From Azolla caroliniana (taxonomy: Eukaryota; Plantae; Polypodiophyta), in contig JBHGNT010000005.1 in NCBI GenBank assembly GCA_043228905.1, forward strand, positions 19,468,001 through 19,532,000: a stretch of DNA of 64,000 nucleotides. Reading direction: 5' to 3'. Positions 50,330-62,059 of the stretch are shown here, one piece after another (within the stretch, counting starts at the first letter, position 1; each line of letters opens with the position of its first letter). The position numbers and the translations under genes were made by a program. The notes below the pieces were generated by a model. That model did not search any database, had not been told where the DNA came from, and saw only the letters and a program-made list of their open reading frames with translations.

Positions 50330-51801
50330 GCGCAAAAAAAAGGGAAAGAAGAATATGCCAAAGTATGGCACGGATAGGGACGACTCAGATTGACGCGAAT
50401 CCAACTCCGAGAAGAGCGATGACGGGCCTTCCAAAGCGAAGCCCACGTTGGCCAGAACGGCCTCAACATCGGGTAATGAGCATTTACGCTGATCTACCCG
50501 CTAGAAGAACCGTGTTGTGTGGTTCGGATACAATGAGTACATGGCGCATGACTATGCGTACATGACACATGTAGCGGAAGTGAATGAGCCTTAGAGCTAC
50601 GCAGAAGCGGCAAAGGACGCGAATTGGCGTGCCGCCATGGAGGAAGAGGTAAATGCACTTGCAGAGAATGAAACCTGGGACCTAGTTTACGCCCCCAAGT
50701 GTGTAAAGCCGATTGGATGCCGGTGGGTGTACAAGGTCAAGTACAACACTGACGGCTCGGTCAACCGATACAAGGCCCGGTTTGTAGCAAAAGGCTACGC
50801 GCAGCAACACGACATCGATTACGATGAGACGTTTGTGCCGGTCATGAAGATGACGACCGTCCGTGTTTTGCTTGTGGTAGCTGCGGCGAAGGGGTGGCAC
50901 TTACATCAGATGGATGTAAAGAATGTGTTCCTGCAAGGCGAGCTTGAGGAACAAGTGTACATGCTACAACCCCCCGGATTTCACTCCGGAACCGGTGTAC
51001 ATGCTACACTTTGGCGGTATGCCGGTTGAAGAAGTCCCTTTACGGACTAAAGCAAGCCCCGCGTGCCTGCAACACGAAGATCACACAGCGATTACGTCAG
51101 CTGGGATTTGCGACGTCCAAATTGGACTCTTCATAGTTCGTCCGGCAAGGTCGACTTGGTCCGGTTAGTATTTTACTTTATGTTGATGACTTGGTCATCG
51201 CCGACATCGACCTAGGTGAAATTGCTCGCGTAAAGCTCCAACTTGCGGCATCATTTGATTTGAAGGACCTGGGGGACCTTCATTACTTTCTCGGGATCGA
51301 AGTGATCCGAACCCCCGAAGGCATACTGATCAGCCAATGGCATTACGTGTTGAGTATGCTCTTCAAGTTTGGGATGGCAGACAGTAAGTCCGTCTCAACT
51401 CCTCTAGACAGAACCGTGAAGCTTCGCCTTGACTCCGGAAAGGTCTGCGACCAAAAAAGGTTTCGACAAATTTTCGGAAGCCTCATATACTTGACTATTA
51501 CCCGGCCGGACCTCGGTTACCCGATCGGCTTGATTAGTCAGTTCATGGCGCGGCCAATCGAGGAGCACCTTCAGTGCACGCAATGCATACTCAAGTACAT
51601 CAGTGGTATTAAGGACCGGGGGCTACTATATCGGACCGGTACTGCCGCGTAGCTAGTCAGCTATACAGATGTTGACTCGGCCAGAAACGCCAACGATCGT
51701 CGTTCCACATCCAGATTCACGTTCTCCCTTGGGAGTGCCACGATTGCGTGGAGTAACACGAAACAGCTGACAGTTTCATCATCGAGCACAAAGGCCGAGT
51801 A
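50330..51801 (+). pseudogene. Copia (Bryco-like) INT-linker/RT/RH fragment
   Basis: Paralogous to 39810-41240 ([28 protein letters not shown]). Confidence 0.88.
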
Positions 51802-53146
51802 TCAAGGATGAGATGCTTTAGAGTGAGCACACTTAATGAACTCTTTGACCGATTTCCATGGTTGTGGCCACCAGTATCCCCGAGATATCAACTCCAAGGT
51901 TTTCGCAACGCCAAAATGACCAACAAGTGGATGATCGTGACACTCGTGAAGCACCCTTGTCCGACAAGGACCTTCTGGGACATACAAAAGATTATCCTGA
52001 ATTGTAAAACGAGCTAAATTAGGTCTTTTGGTTTCATGGGAGGGGTTTGTGATACTTGCCTTGACCTCTGTGGTGAACTTGTCAGTTGTAGTGGCTTCTG
52101 CTATTTGCTTGAGCAAAGAATCATCCCGGAGCAAGCAAGTCGCGAAGTTGTAGAATTGGTTAGGCTTTAACAAACTTTGGGACTACTGAACATAGGCTTC
52201 ATCCTCCGGAGTGAGCTCGAACTCAGACCGACGGGATAAGACATCAGTCATCGTGTGTTGAGCGCTGAGTCGAAAGATTATCTCAAAATCATTGTTTGCC
52301 AAGAAGGTCGACCATCGCGCTTGTCTACGATTTAAGATTCGTGTGGTAGAAAAGTATATTAGATTTTTGTGATCGGTAATCACTTGGATACGATGTTGCG
52401 CCCCAACAAAATCGGGTCTCCATTCTTCAAAAGCAACAATAATAGCGAGAAGCTCCTTGTCGTATATGGGGTAGTTGATTTCTAGGGCCGTGAATTTGCG
52501 GGAGTAGTAAGCCACTGGGTGAAACACACCGACCTCATCTGGCTAGGAGAGGATTGCCCCAATGGCGAAATCGGAAGCATTCATTTTGACTTGGAAAGGC
52601 TTAGTTGGGTCAGGATGTAAAAGGATCGGTGCCATAGTAAAAGCTTGTTTCAGCAAGTCATATGCCTTTTGGGCAGCTATTGTCCATTTGAAAGTAGCAT
52701 CCTTGCGGGTAAGAGCAATGAGAGGTTGTGCAATCACTGAGAATGCTTTGATGAAGCGACGATAAAAATTGGCAAAACCAAGGAATGATTGCACATCTCG
52801 TACTCGAGTTGGGACAACCCACGCTTGGATAGTCTTGACTTTCCATGTGTCCATTGCGATTCCCTATGTCGAAATGACATACCCAAGAAACTCTACAGAA
52901 GTACGATCAAATTCACATTTTTCACTTTTAGCATAGAGTCTGTGCTCGCAAAGTTTGGCAAGGACTAACCTGACATGTCGAGTATGCTCCTTGATGTTTG
53001 AAGAGAAAACCAAGATATCATCTAGATAGATCACAACAAAGTGATCTAGATATTCTTGGAATATGTCATTCATCATATGCTGAAATACCGCAGGAGCATT
53101 AGTGAGACCGAAAGGCATTACCTTATACTCGAAATGTCCGTAGCAC

Positions 53147-56100
53147 TGTCGCGTTACTACGCGCGTGCATGGAGAAACGAGGCGGGACCACCGAGGTCTT
53201 GAACCGAAGAGCAGGTGATAGAAGGGGAAAGAGAGAGAGAGAGACGCCCTGTCACGTATGAGCAAAGAAACACAGGGGCACGGCCCGTCAACACAGAAGA
53301 CGCAAATGGACACAGAGACAGGGAGACACAAGTTTTTGTAGATTAACGAATAACAAATACACAACAGAGCATGCGAGCGATTACAACCGAACAGGCCGGC
53401 GAACAGATGCTGATGCCTGTTTGTCTGCGCACGAAAGGAGAAAAGGGTGGAGGTGTTGTCGGAAGCACACGGGCGTTCCTCGAAGCAGCGTGAGTCTCCC
53501 GAAACCCTGCAGAGAAGAGCGATCGAGAACGAACAGAGGAGAAGCATTCGGTTACGGTCCGACAGCACTTCGTCCTCCTTAATGCGCGATCCCTTCTCCC
53601 TGCGTCTCCCTCTCCTTTATAGCGTCAAGAAGGGAGTCGTCTCCCTCATTTACGTCCTACCTACCGAATCTAACTACCCAGGATATACCTACGTACTTAA
53701 TCCCTATTATATACATTAGGGGCGCGCACGCGTGAAGAGCCGGTTCACGCGCGCTATGCACCGATTGCACTAAGGGACGATTTTCTTCACGACATCCGCC
53801 CCCACCTAACCGCGCATCCACCGGTATGCGCCAAAATTGCGCTCTGGTTGGAGAAAACCAGCCCGACTTCTGGTTCTTCGTCCATCGGTTCGTCCTCCGT
53901 TTCGAACTATTCGTCGTCGTTGTCCAGGCCTCTTAGATCCGGTTCGCCGTCGTGGCACTTCTTGAATGCTTTGATCCGCTTCCCTGCTACCGGTATCGCC
54001 ATCCTTGTACCGTCGAGTTCCGCCAGGTGATACATCCCGTTGTCGTTGGCACTCGTTACCACGTAAGGCCCGAACCACCGCTTTGCAAACTTCCGTGTTG
54101 CCCGGTGCTGGTTGTCGAGGCTGTTGTCGTAGACTAGCACTCAGTCGCCTTCCTCGATTTTCTTTGGTCGGAGCAGGTGCGTTCGGTCGAACCGGGCTTT
54201 GTTCCTCATCCTCGCCGTCCGAAGTCTCTCCGCCGCTCGTTCCACGTCCTCTGGCCTCCGCTCGAGCTGTCGTATACGCGCCGCTAGCAGTTCTTCCCGA
54301 CTCATCTCGTCTCTCCAGTCTATTATCGCCCAAGAGGAGATCGTCCGTTCCATCGGCATGATCGGCTTCTGTCCGAACATGAGCTCTGACGGCATGAACC
54401 CGGTTACCGAACTGTGCGTTGTCCGGTCTGCCCACAAGGCATAGGGTAACAGTCCTGGCCAGTTCCCGACCTGTCCTTCGCACGCCCGGACTAGCGCTTT
54501 GACGATCGGTCCGTGCCCGCGCTCCACTTTCCCGTTCGCCTCCGGATTGTACGCTATGGTGAGCGAGAGCTTGACCCCTAACCGGTCGAACAGCTCCTCG
54601 GCCTCTTCGGCGTCCAACTCCCCGCGGTCAGCCACGATCTTTCCGACGCACCCGTACCGGCATATCACGTCCTCTATCAGGAACCGACACACGGCCGCGG
54701 TCGTTTTGTTCTGCAGGGCTCGGCCTTCCACCTGGTTCGTCAAGTCCTCCCGGGCCAGCACCATATATCGCATCTGCCCTACGCCCATCGCCATCTTCAC
54801 CAAATCTACCATCCATTTGAAGTGGATGACCGGAGGGTATGTAGGGTGAAGCTCGTCCTGATGTCGGACTATGGAGTGCATCTGACAGCTCTCACAAGTT
54901 GTCACGAACTGATGCACGTCCCGGTACAGTCCCGGCCACCAGTACTTCCCTTTTAGTTTCTCGAACGTGGCCCACGTCCCACGGTGTCCAGCCCAGGGTC
55001 TGTCATGGTAGGCCTTTAGCAACTCCTCCTATTCCTCCTTCATCGCCACTACTTAGAGCGGGATGTCGTTTTTCTTCTTTGGGTGCTTCCACAAGTATCC
55101 GTCCCGGAGAGAGAATCGGTACGCTTTCTTCCGGATCCGATTGGCCTCGTCCCTTGTCCATGACGCGTCTGGCATCATCGTCCTTAAGAATCCCCCAATC
55201 TACAGCCACTCCCCGTCGTACTTGCTCTCGTTGAAATCGTTAAGCGCCGGAGTGCTCCCCCCCTCGGTTGTTACGTAAGCCGCCTCGAAGAAGTCCACGC
55301 CGACTTCTTCGTCCTCCGAAACCATGCCGCCCTCATCGTCGAATCGCGCCCTCGAAAGCATGTCGGCCATGGCATTGTCTTTCCCGGAAATGTGTCATAT
55401 TTCTGGATCCAGGGACTTGATGTACGCTATCCACCTGAGCATTGCCAGGTCCGGGGTTGCGCATCTGGAAACCATGCCGAGAATCGGTAGGTAGTCTGTC
55501 TCGATAATCACCTCTGTCCCGATCAGATAGTCTTTATCGGCCTTTACCGCCGAAATGATACCCTAGAGTTCGCGTTTAACCTGGGCGTATCCTCGCTGCC
55601 GCTCGTAGAGGACTTTCGCGCCGAACCGGATTGGGAACCGAATACCGTCCTCATCTTCTTGGTTGACGACCCATCCGATCCCGGTCGGACTTGTATCTAC
55701 CGTTATGTAGATGGGGGTGCCTTTCTCGTAAACGGCCTTCCGGAGCGCTGGAGCTGCAGCAAGAGCCTCCATTTTTCGGACCGACTCCGTATGCTCGACT
55801 CGCCACTCGAATTTTCGCCCCTTTTTCAGCAACCCGTATAGCGGCTCGGCAACGTGGGCGTAATGCGGGATCCATATGTGGTAGAACGTGCATGCTCCCA
55901 AGAACCTGCGCACCTCCTTGACCGAGTTACAATCGGGCTTCATTGCGGAGATGGCTTCCACCTTAGCCGGAGACGGTTTCCGGCCATACGGTCCGCATAG
56001 ATGTCCGACGACCATGATCTCTGGTTGCCCAAAGGCCGATTTCTCCCCGGAGAAGGTGAGCCTCGCGTCCTCTAGCCTCTGCAGCACCCTCTCGCAGTCG

Positions 56101-59100
56101 TCAATGTGTGTCGCCACGAATCTTCGGCATCCGTCCGGTCCGATCGTTTCGTCCTTTTTCTCCACCGGACATCCCTTGATCGGGATGTCGTCCAAGAATG
56201 GCATGGTGATGTCCGGGATACAGTCCCTCAGCACCTTGTTCATCGCATTCACCATGTGGGCCACCGAGTTCGTCCCTCCTTGTGGCAGGGTACACATCCG
56301 CACTAGGCCGAGAGGAGTCCGCATCGTTGTAATGTCTCTGCTCTCTACGGCTAGTTGGAACTGGTCGTACCCCGAGTACAGATCACCGACCGAGTAGATC
56401 GACCTTCCGGCGAAGGCCTCCGCGAACTCGTCTATCGTTGGTCCGATTCCTGCGTTCCAAATGGTCACTCTGTTGACCGGTTGTAGGTCTTGAATGAAGC
56501 GCAACGTCCCGTTCTTCTTCGGTACGGTAAACCACCAGTTCAAGTACGGGGCACTCGACGGTTCAAGGATGCCTGTATCGACTTTCTGCCTCAATAGCTC
56601 CGTCAGCTCCGGGATGCGAGCTCTCGGTACTGAAATTGGCTTGAGATTCCACGGCATATGCGGTACCGTGAATATCACCATCGGCTTCACGACTGTCGGG
56701 TCTACGCACCCGATCTCCCCTGGCGAGAATGCGAAGGCTTGACCACCGTCAGGAACTGGACCGAATGACGCCCGTCCTGACTCTTGACCCTCGCGTAAGC
56801 CGACCCGTTGTCCAGCACATTGGTCTCCATCCGTGCTGCCGTAATGTATGGTTCTCCCAGTATGACCGGGTGCGAGGACGTCTCCTACACAAAGAAGTGT
56901 TGATCTATCTCGACGTCGCCGATCTTGACTCGCACGTTTGGGCAGGCCCCGTGTAATTCCTCGGTGGCGCGCGTCGCTGCCCGTATCTTCCACCCGTGCT
57001 TGGTGTTGATCGGCCATTTCCCCTTCTTGTAGAAGTCCATGGACATCAGGTTTATTTCCGAACCGTGGTCCACCAGCGCCACCACCGGTTCCTGAACATC
57101 TCCGATCTTCATCGGGGTTTCCGTGGTCGCTCGGGCCCAGTGTGGCCTCGAATAGTGGCTCTCCGCCCACTCGTCTTCCAGCGCCATGTCCTCTATGTGC
57201 ATTGTCCGCACCTCCACCGGCCTTTCTGGTTCTGCCTCCGTCGACAGCCTCTTCCTTTTGACCAAGTCTACGATGGAGTCATGGAACTCCTTCTTGGCGA
57301 TTCCGAGCACCTCCCGCAACGACAGTTCCACTTTGTTGTCGAGGATTCGTTCTTCCAGGACCTTTCGTAGGTCCGTGGTCCTTTCGATATCCGTGCCCAA
57401 ACGGTATCTGCCCTTCTTGTGGTTATCCCCGGCACTGGACTCACCGACCTCGTTCCGTTTCGGCCCGAATCGGGTTTCGTATCTCTGTGAGGGTCCGGCC
57501 CCTCCGGTTTTACCTACCCGTTTGTCTTCAACCAGAGCCTCGTAGTTCTGGCAAGCTGCTTCGACGAAACCCGTCTTTTCTTCGACCGGGTCACTCCACC
57601 CGGTTACCTCCTGGACCTGCTTCTCCCCACGGTCCGCCTCGTCTCTCTTTAGTCGGGCACCAGCGAGGCTTTCCAGCACCGTCGGCCAGAACCCGGCTTT
57701 GCTCTCCTTCCAGGCCTCGCTGCCTCCGCGTGCCGGTCTGCCGCTGAGTAGTGGACGGTCTTCGCGTGCCGGGCTGCCGCTTCTTCCATCAGCCTTTTCA
57801 TTCCTCCTCGCCCGTCGTTTCGGTTCAGGGCCCTCCGGGTATCGCTGGCGTGCACTCGACCTTCCCACAGGTACACTACCCGGCTTCTCAAAGCCTCCAT
57901 AAAGTCCCTACAGTCTTTCCGGATGTGGCCGACCTCGTCGCACCACATGCACCTACTTCCTGCCGGAGACCGTCGGTCACGAGCCTGATCGCCGCCTTCC
58001 CTCCGAGCCTGGGCGATCTGGAGATCCTTTACCGCTCGTGTCAACTCCTCCAGAGCTGTTCCCCCAGACGAGCCTCTGATCATGCCGGTCGAAGACGAAC
58101 CGGTTTCAAGCCACCCTCGGGTCTCTTCCCTTTGCGCCTGCGGTATCGGTTTGAGCTTCCTTACTGCGACAGGTCCCGCCCCGGTCGCCTCTGTATCAAC
58201 CCACTCCCACCGTTTGTGAAAACGGCCGCAGACTCTCTTTACTGCGGCCCAGTCGGCCGTCAGCCCGTCTTCGGTTTCCAGTAAGGAGCCAACTTGCCCC
58301 CGATCCCGTGCATCAACCGATTTGACAAACAGTAGGACATGACTTGTGTCCAGAACGGTCTGATCGAGCGCCGAAAGGCACGCAAAGCGTTCCTCAAACT
58401 CCCGGAGGAGTACCGACGCATTTTTTCCTTTGTTGGGGGACTCCACCCACTCCATGAAGCCCCGCTTCGAAAGTCGAAGCACGTCATCCAGCCCGTATTT
58501 CTCCAGGACCCGTCCTTGGAACTCCTCCCAGGTCCGGCTCTCCGCCCGGACCTCGAGCACCTCCGCATGGATGCCCGGCATCGCCACTCGAGGGAATCCG
58601 GCAAGACGCCTCTCTTCCGGAATATCCCTCATCAACATCTCCGCCCGGTAGGACGCCAAATAACTCGTGGCATCCTTTCCACTGAACCGGCCAATCATAC
58701 CGACGATCGCCTCAATAGCCCTGTCAAGGGCGCCGGTGCCCTCGCGCGCGCTCACTATCCGGACCACGGCCGAAGCCATGGCCTCTGCAAGATCCGACCC
58801 CCTCATCTTCTGCTCCTTTGCCGCCTTGTTTCACGTCGGGTTCACCAAATATGTCGCGTTACTACGCGCGTGCATGGAGAAACGAGGTGGGACCACCGGG
58901 GTCTTGAACCGACGAGCAGGTGATAGAAGGGGAAAGAGAGAGAGAGAGACGCCCTGTCACGTATGAGCAAAGAAACACAGGGGCACGACCCGTCAACACA
59001 GAAGACGTGAATGGACATAGAGACAGGGAGACACAAGTTTTTGTAGATTAACGAATAACAAATACACAACAGAGCACGCGAGCGATTACAACCGAACAGG

Positions 59101-59499
59101 CCGGCGAACAGATGCTGATGCCTGTTCGTCTGCGCATGAAAGGAGAAAAGGGTGGAGGTACTGCCGGAAGCACGCGGGCATTCCTCGAAGCAGCGCGAGC
59201 CTCCCGAAACCCTACAGAGAAGAGCGATCGAGAACAAACAGAGGAGAAGCATTCGGTTACGGTCCGACAGCACTTCGTCCTCCTTAATGCGCGATCCCTT
59301 CTCCCTGCGTCTCCCTCTCCTTTATAGCGTCAAGAAGGGAGCCGTCTCCCTCATTTACGTCCTACCTACCGAATCTAACTACCCAGGATATACCTACGTA
59401 CTTAATCCCTATTATATACATTAGGGGCGTGCACGCGTGAATAGCCGGTTCACGCGCGCTATGCACCGATTACGCTAAGGGACGGTTTTCTTCACGACG
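53147..59499 (-). mobile_element. Phygy-like gypsy with both LTRs and an internal PR-RT deletion
   Basis: 648-bp LTRs 53147-53794 and 58852-59499 (~26 differences, mostly transitions); TSD GCAC/GCGC; PBS-Trp 58831-58847; gag CMWCDEVGHIRKDC, PR LVDHGSEINLM, RT FLDDI, RH, INT. Confidence 0.95.
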
Positions 59500-60495
59500 G
59501 CGCACTCTAAAGGCGGTTTTCTATTCATCTCCAAGTTTGATTTGTACCAAATTGTATGCTCCCCGTAGGTCAATCTTCGAGAAGATCTTCCCAGTCCGGA
59601 GTCAATCCAATAGCTCTGGGATGAGACGCAGTGGATAGAGGTTGCGAATAGTAATCTTGTTTAGACCCCGATAGTCGACGCAGAGGCGTAAGGATCCATC
59701 TTTCTTTTTCACGAACAAAATAGGAGCTCCTGCTGGTGATTTTGAGGGTTGAATAAAACCCTTTTAGAGGTTCTTATCGAGATACGTCCGGAGTGCCTGG
59801 AGTTCTGGTTCTATCAACCCATAAATTGGGCCAAAGGGAGGACTAGCACCTTCTTGCAGATCAATCGGACAATCATAGCGTCGATGCTCAGGCAAGTGAT
59901 CAGCATTCTTTTTCTCAAATACGTCCTTGAAGTCTTCATACTTGGACGGTAGTGAGTCACTAGATGTCCTCATTGGATTGTTCGACGAGGCACTATGCAC
60001 TATTTTCCTTGTTGTGATTGGGATGTGAGCATCCGCCTTGGAGTTTATTCCTGCATTAAGGGGAGGGTGAGCGCCTGCAACAACATGAGATATTGCTTGC
60101 ACCTCCAAGTTGGTTTGGGAGAAAGTAATCGAGTGATTGTGCCAATCAACAAGTGGATTCTGCGCCTTCAGCCAAGACAAACCGAGGATGACCGGATGTC
60201 GCGGTGAAGTGATAACATAAAACGTTAAGGCCTCTTGGTGGTCCCCAAGCTGTAAGATAAGTGGGACAGTGACTTCGGTGACTGCTCCCGAAGAAAGCAT
60301 GTGTCCATCGATAGCTTCCACTAGGATTGACTTGGACAATCGGACAACCGGGAATTTGTGTTTACAAACGAACCTTTCGTCCATAAAACACGTTGTTGCC
60401 TCGGAATCTAGAAGTGTTAAGGATCTAATTGAAAGCGACTTGAAATGGATGCTTACCAGAAAGGAGAAATATTCTGTTCATGTAGCCAAACTATG

Positions 60496-60561
60496 GGAGC
60501 GACACGAATGCGGATTGTCCAACCACATGGCTCCTACTGTAGTTGGACACCGTCATTTTCC
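60496..60561 (-). promoter_or_regulatory. Putative gag-pol -1 frameshift heptamer plus H-type pseudoknot
   Basis: G GAA AAT, a 5-nt spacer, a 12-bp stem TGTCCAACTACA/TGTGGTTGGACA, and loop GGAGC pairing with GCTCC. The protease is in the -1 frame relative to gag. Confidence 0.7.
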
Positions 60562-61566
60562 CGTTGTTGGGACCGTCTTGTCGTATTGTTTGTAGATATT
60601 TGTCATTGATTATTCTTGATTGGGCAAAAACAAATGAGATGGGTGGATGCACCACAATATAAACATAGTCTGTTGGTTCGGCGATACCTCCGTTCACCCT
60701 CGGTGAGTGGCGGGGCGCGAGCTCGATCAATTTCCATTGGCACAGGGTCATCATACGATGACAATGGAGAAGATCTCGACGAGGGTTTCCACCTTGACGT
60801 TGCTCGTTCCTCTTGACGAAGCTCAAACAACCGATTGTCACAACTAGCTGCTTGTGTGATGGCTTGCGACAATGACGTAGACTTCGGAATGTTGAGTAGT
60901 AAATTTTTAATCTCGCTTCGAATGCCCCGACGAAAATGGTCGCAGAGAGCTTGGCCATCCCACTGAACATCACATGCTAATTGTCTAAATTTAGAGGCAT
61001 AAACAGATACCGAACGCATACCTTGGTGTAATGAATAGAGTTTGGTGATGGCAGTTCGGCATCAGTCCGTATCCCCAAATGTTGCCTCAAACTCTGCCAG
61101 AAAGGCACGAAAAGTTTGTAAAAGTGGTGACGAAGTTTCGACCAATGGTGCAAACTAGGCTTGTGTAGCTCCGAACAGAAGGATCCTGATGAGAGCAACT
61201 TGACGAAAATCATCCGCATACCGTTGAGGCTATAGTTGAATAATAAGGTTGATCTGATTTATGAACCCTCGAAAGTGCTTCCTCGTGCCATCGAACATGT
61301 CAAGTAAACTAATATTGGGCTCCAAACTTGTAGTGGGATGGGAATGAGTCGGAGAAAGCATAGATGAGGAACCAGGCTCTATAGGTAGAACATTTGTTGA
61401 TGTAGGAGGAGAGTTTTTTTTTCTTCAAGTTTCATCGGTATTCCAACTTGAAGCTTTCGTAACGATTCCTAAAGGTTGTTATTCTCAAGTTGAAGTTGAT
61501 GCATGGCTTCCATGAGGTGATTTATTCTCTCGGTAAGATTCGACATGTTGAGGCTTAGAAAATGGG

Positions 61567-61577
61567 AAGGTGAACAA
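61567..61577 (-). other. Self-priming (Tf1-type) primer binding site
   Basis: TTGTTCACCTT lies 2 nt after the LTR and is complementary to AAGGTGAACAA at 61781-61771, about 24 nt downstream of TATAAATA. Confidence 0.8.
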
Positions 61578-61981
61578 ACTGTCATGAACGGGTGGAATGA
61601 GGCTAAGTACTAAGAGAGAGCTAAAGCATAAGCAAGATCACAAGATTGTCAAGGACAAGTAGATGAGGCTCAATATTAAGAGATGGCGGGAGAGAGAGAA
61701 TAGACAAGAGAACAAGCAAGAGAGAGGATAGAAAAATAAACAAGATCTGTACATGCTTTCATAACTGGTATTGTTCACCTTGATTGTAATCAAGGTGCAC
61801 CCCAGTATTTATACAAGAATGTGGAGGTATGCATGAAAGCTAGAAGACTTCTAGAGAGTGCATGGAAACTTCTAGAGAGTGCATGAAGATGCATTCTTTA
61901 GAAGGTTCTTGAAAGTTCTTGTGATCAATCTATAATGAAATAAGTTGCGTCTTACACAATACAATAATGCATAGAAGGATG

Positions 61982-62046
61982 TACCTTAATTGGTAAGGTT
62001 TCCCAATAAGACCAGAAGGTCATGGGTTCAACCCCCACCATTGCAT
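61982..62046 (+). promoter_or_regulatory. tRNA-like module at the start of U3 (antisense)
   Basis: TACCTTAATTGG with D-stem CCTT/AAGG; B-box GGTTCAACCCC 62025-62035 in stem TGGG/CCCA; spacing 43 nt. Confidence 0.65.
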
Positions 62047-62059
62047 GTGACATCCTGTC

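Larger units (their letters stand above)
42567..50330 (+). pseudogene. Tf1/Tcn1-type gypsy pol remnant (RT end, RH, INT) hosting two insertions
   Basis: [44 protein letters not shown]|TNQILEQYLR, KLDYRRLGPF..LPPQLRIHP; truncated before any chromodomain. Confidence 0.9.
51802..62052 (-). mobile_element. Tf1/Tcn1-type gypsy, 3'-truncated, with nested Phygy-like element
   Basis: 5' LTR 61580-62052; sushi/PEG10-like gag with CLYCGASTHLICFC; PR LLDSEAT; RT split at VR|YGHFEY; YLDD; RH YDKELLAI; INT zinc finger. Confidence 0.92.

Noticed and set aside
50250-50330. Chromodomain on the Tcn1-type integrases
   Set aside because: Both integrases are truncated before that position; the lineage call rests on gag/RT motifs and the self-priming PBS.
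35427-59424. Many 60-240 aa antisense or alternate-frame ORFs
   Set aside because: They are shadows of GC-rich retroelement coding or LTR sequence, with no independent domain evidence.
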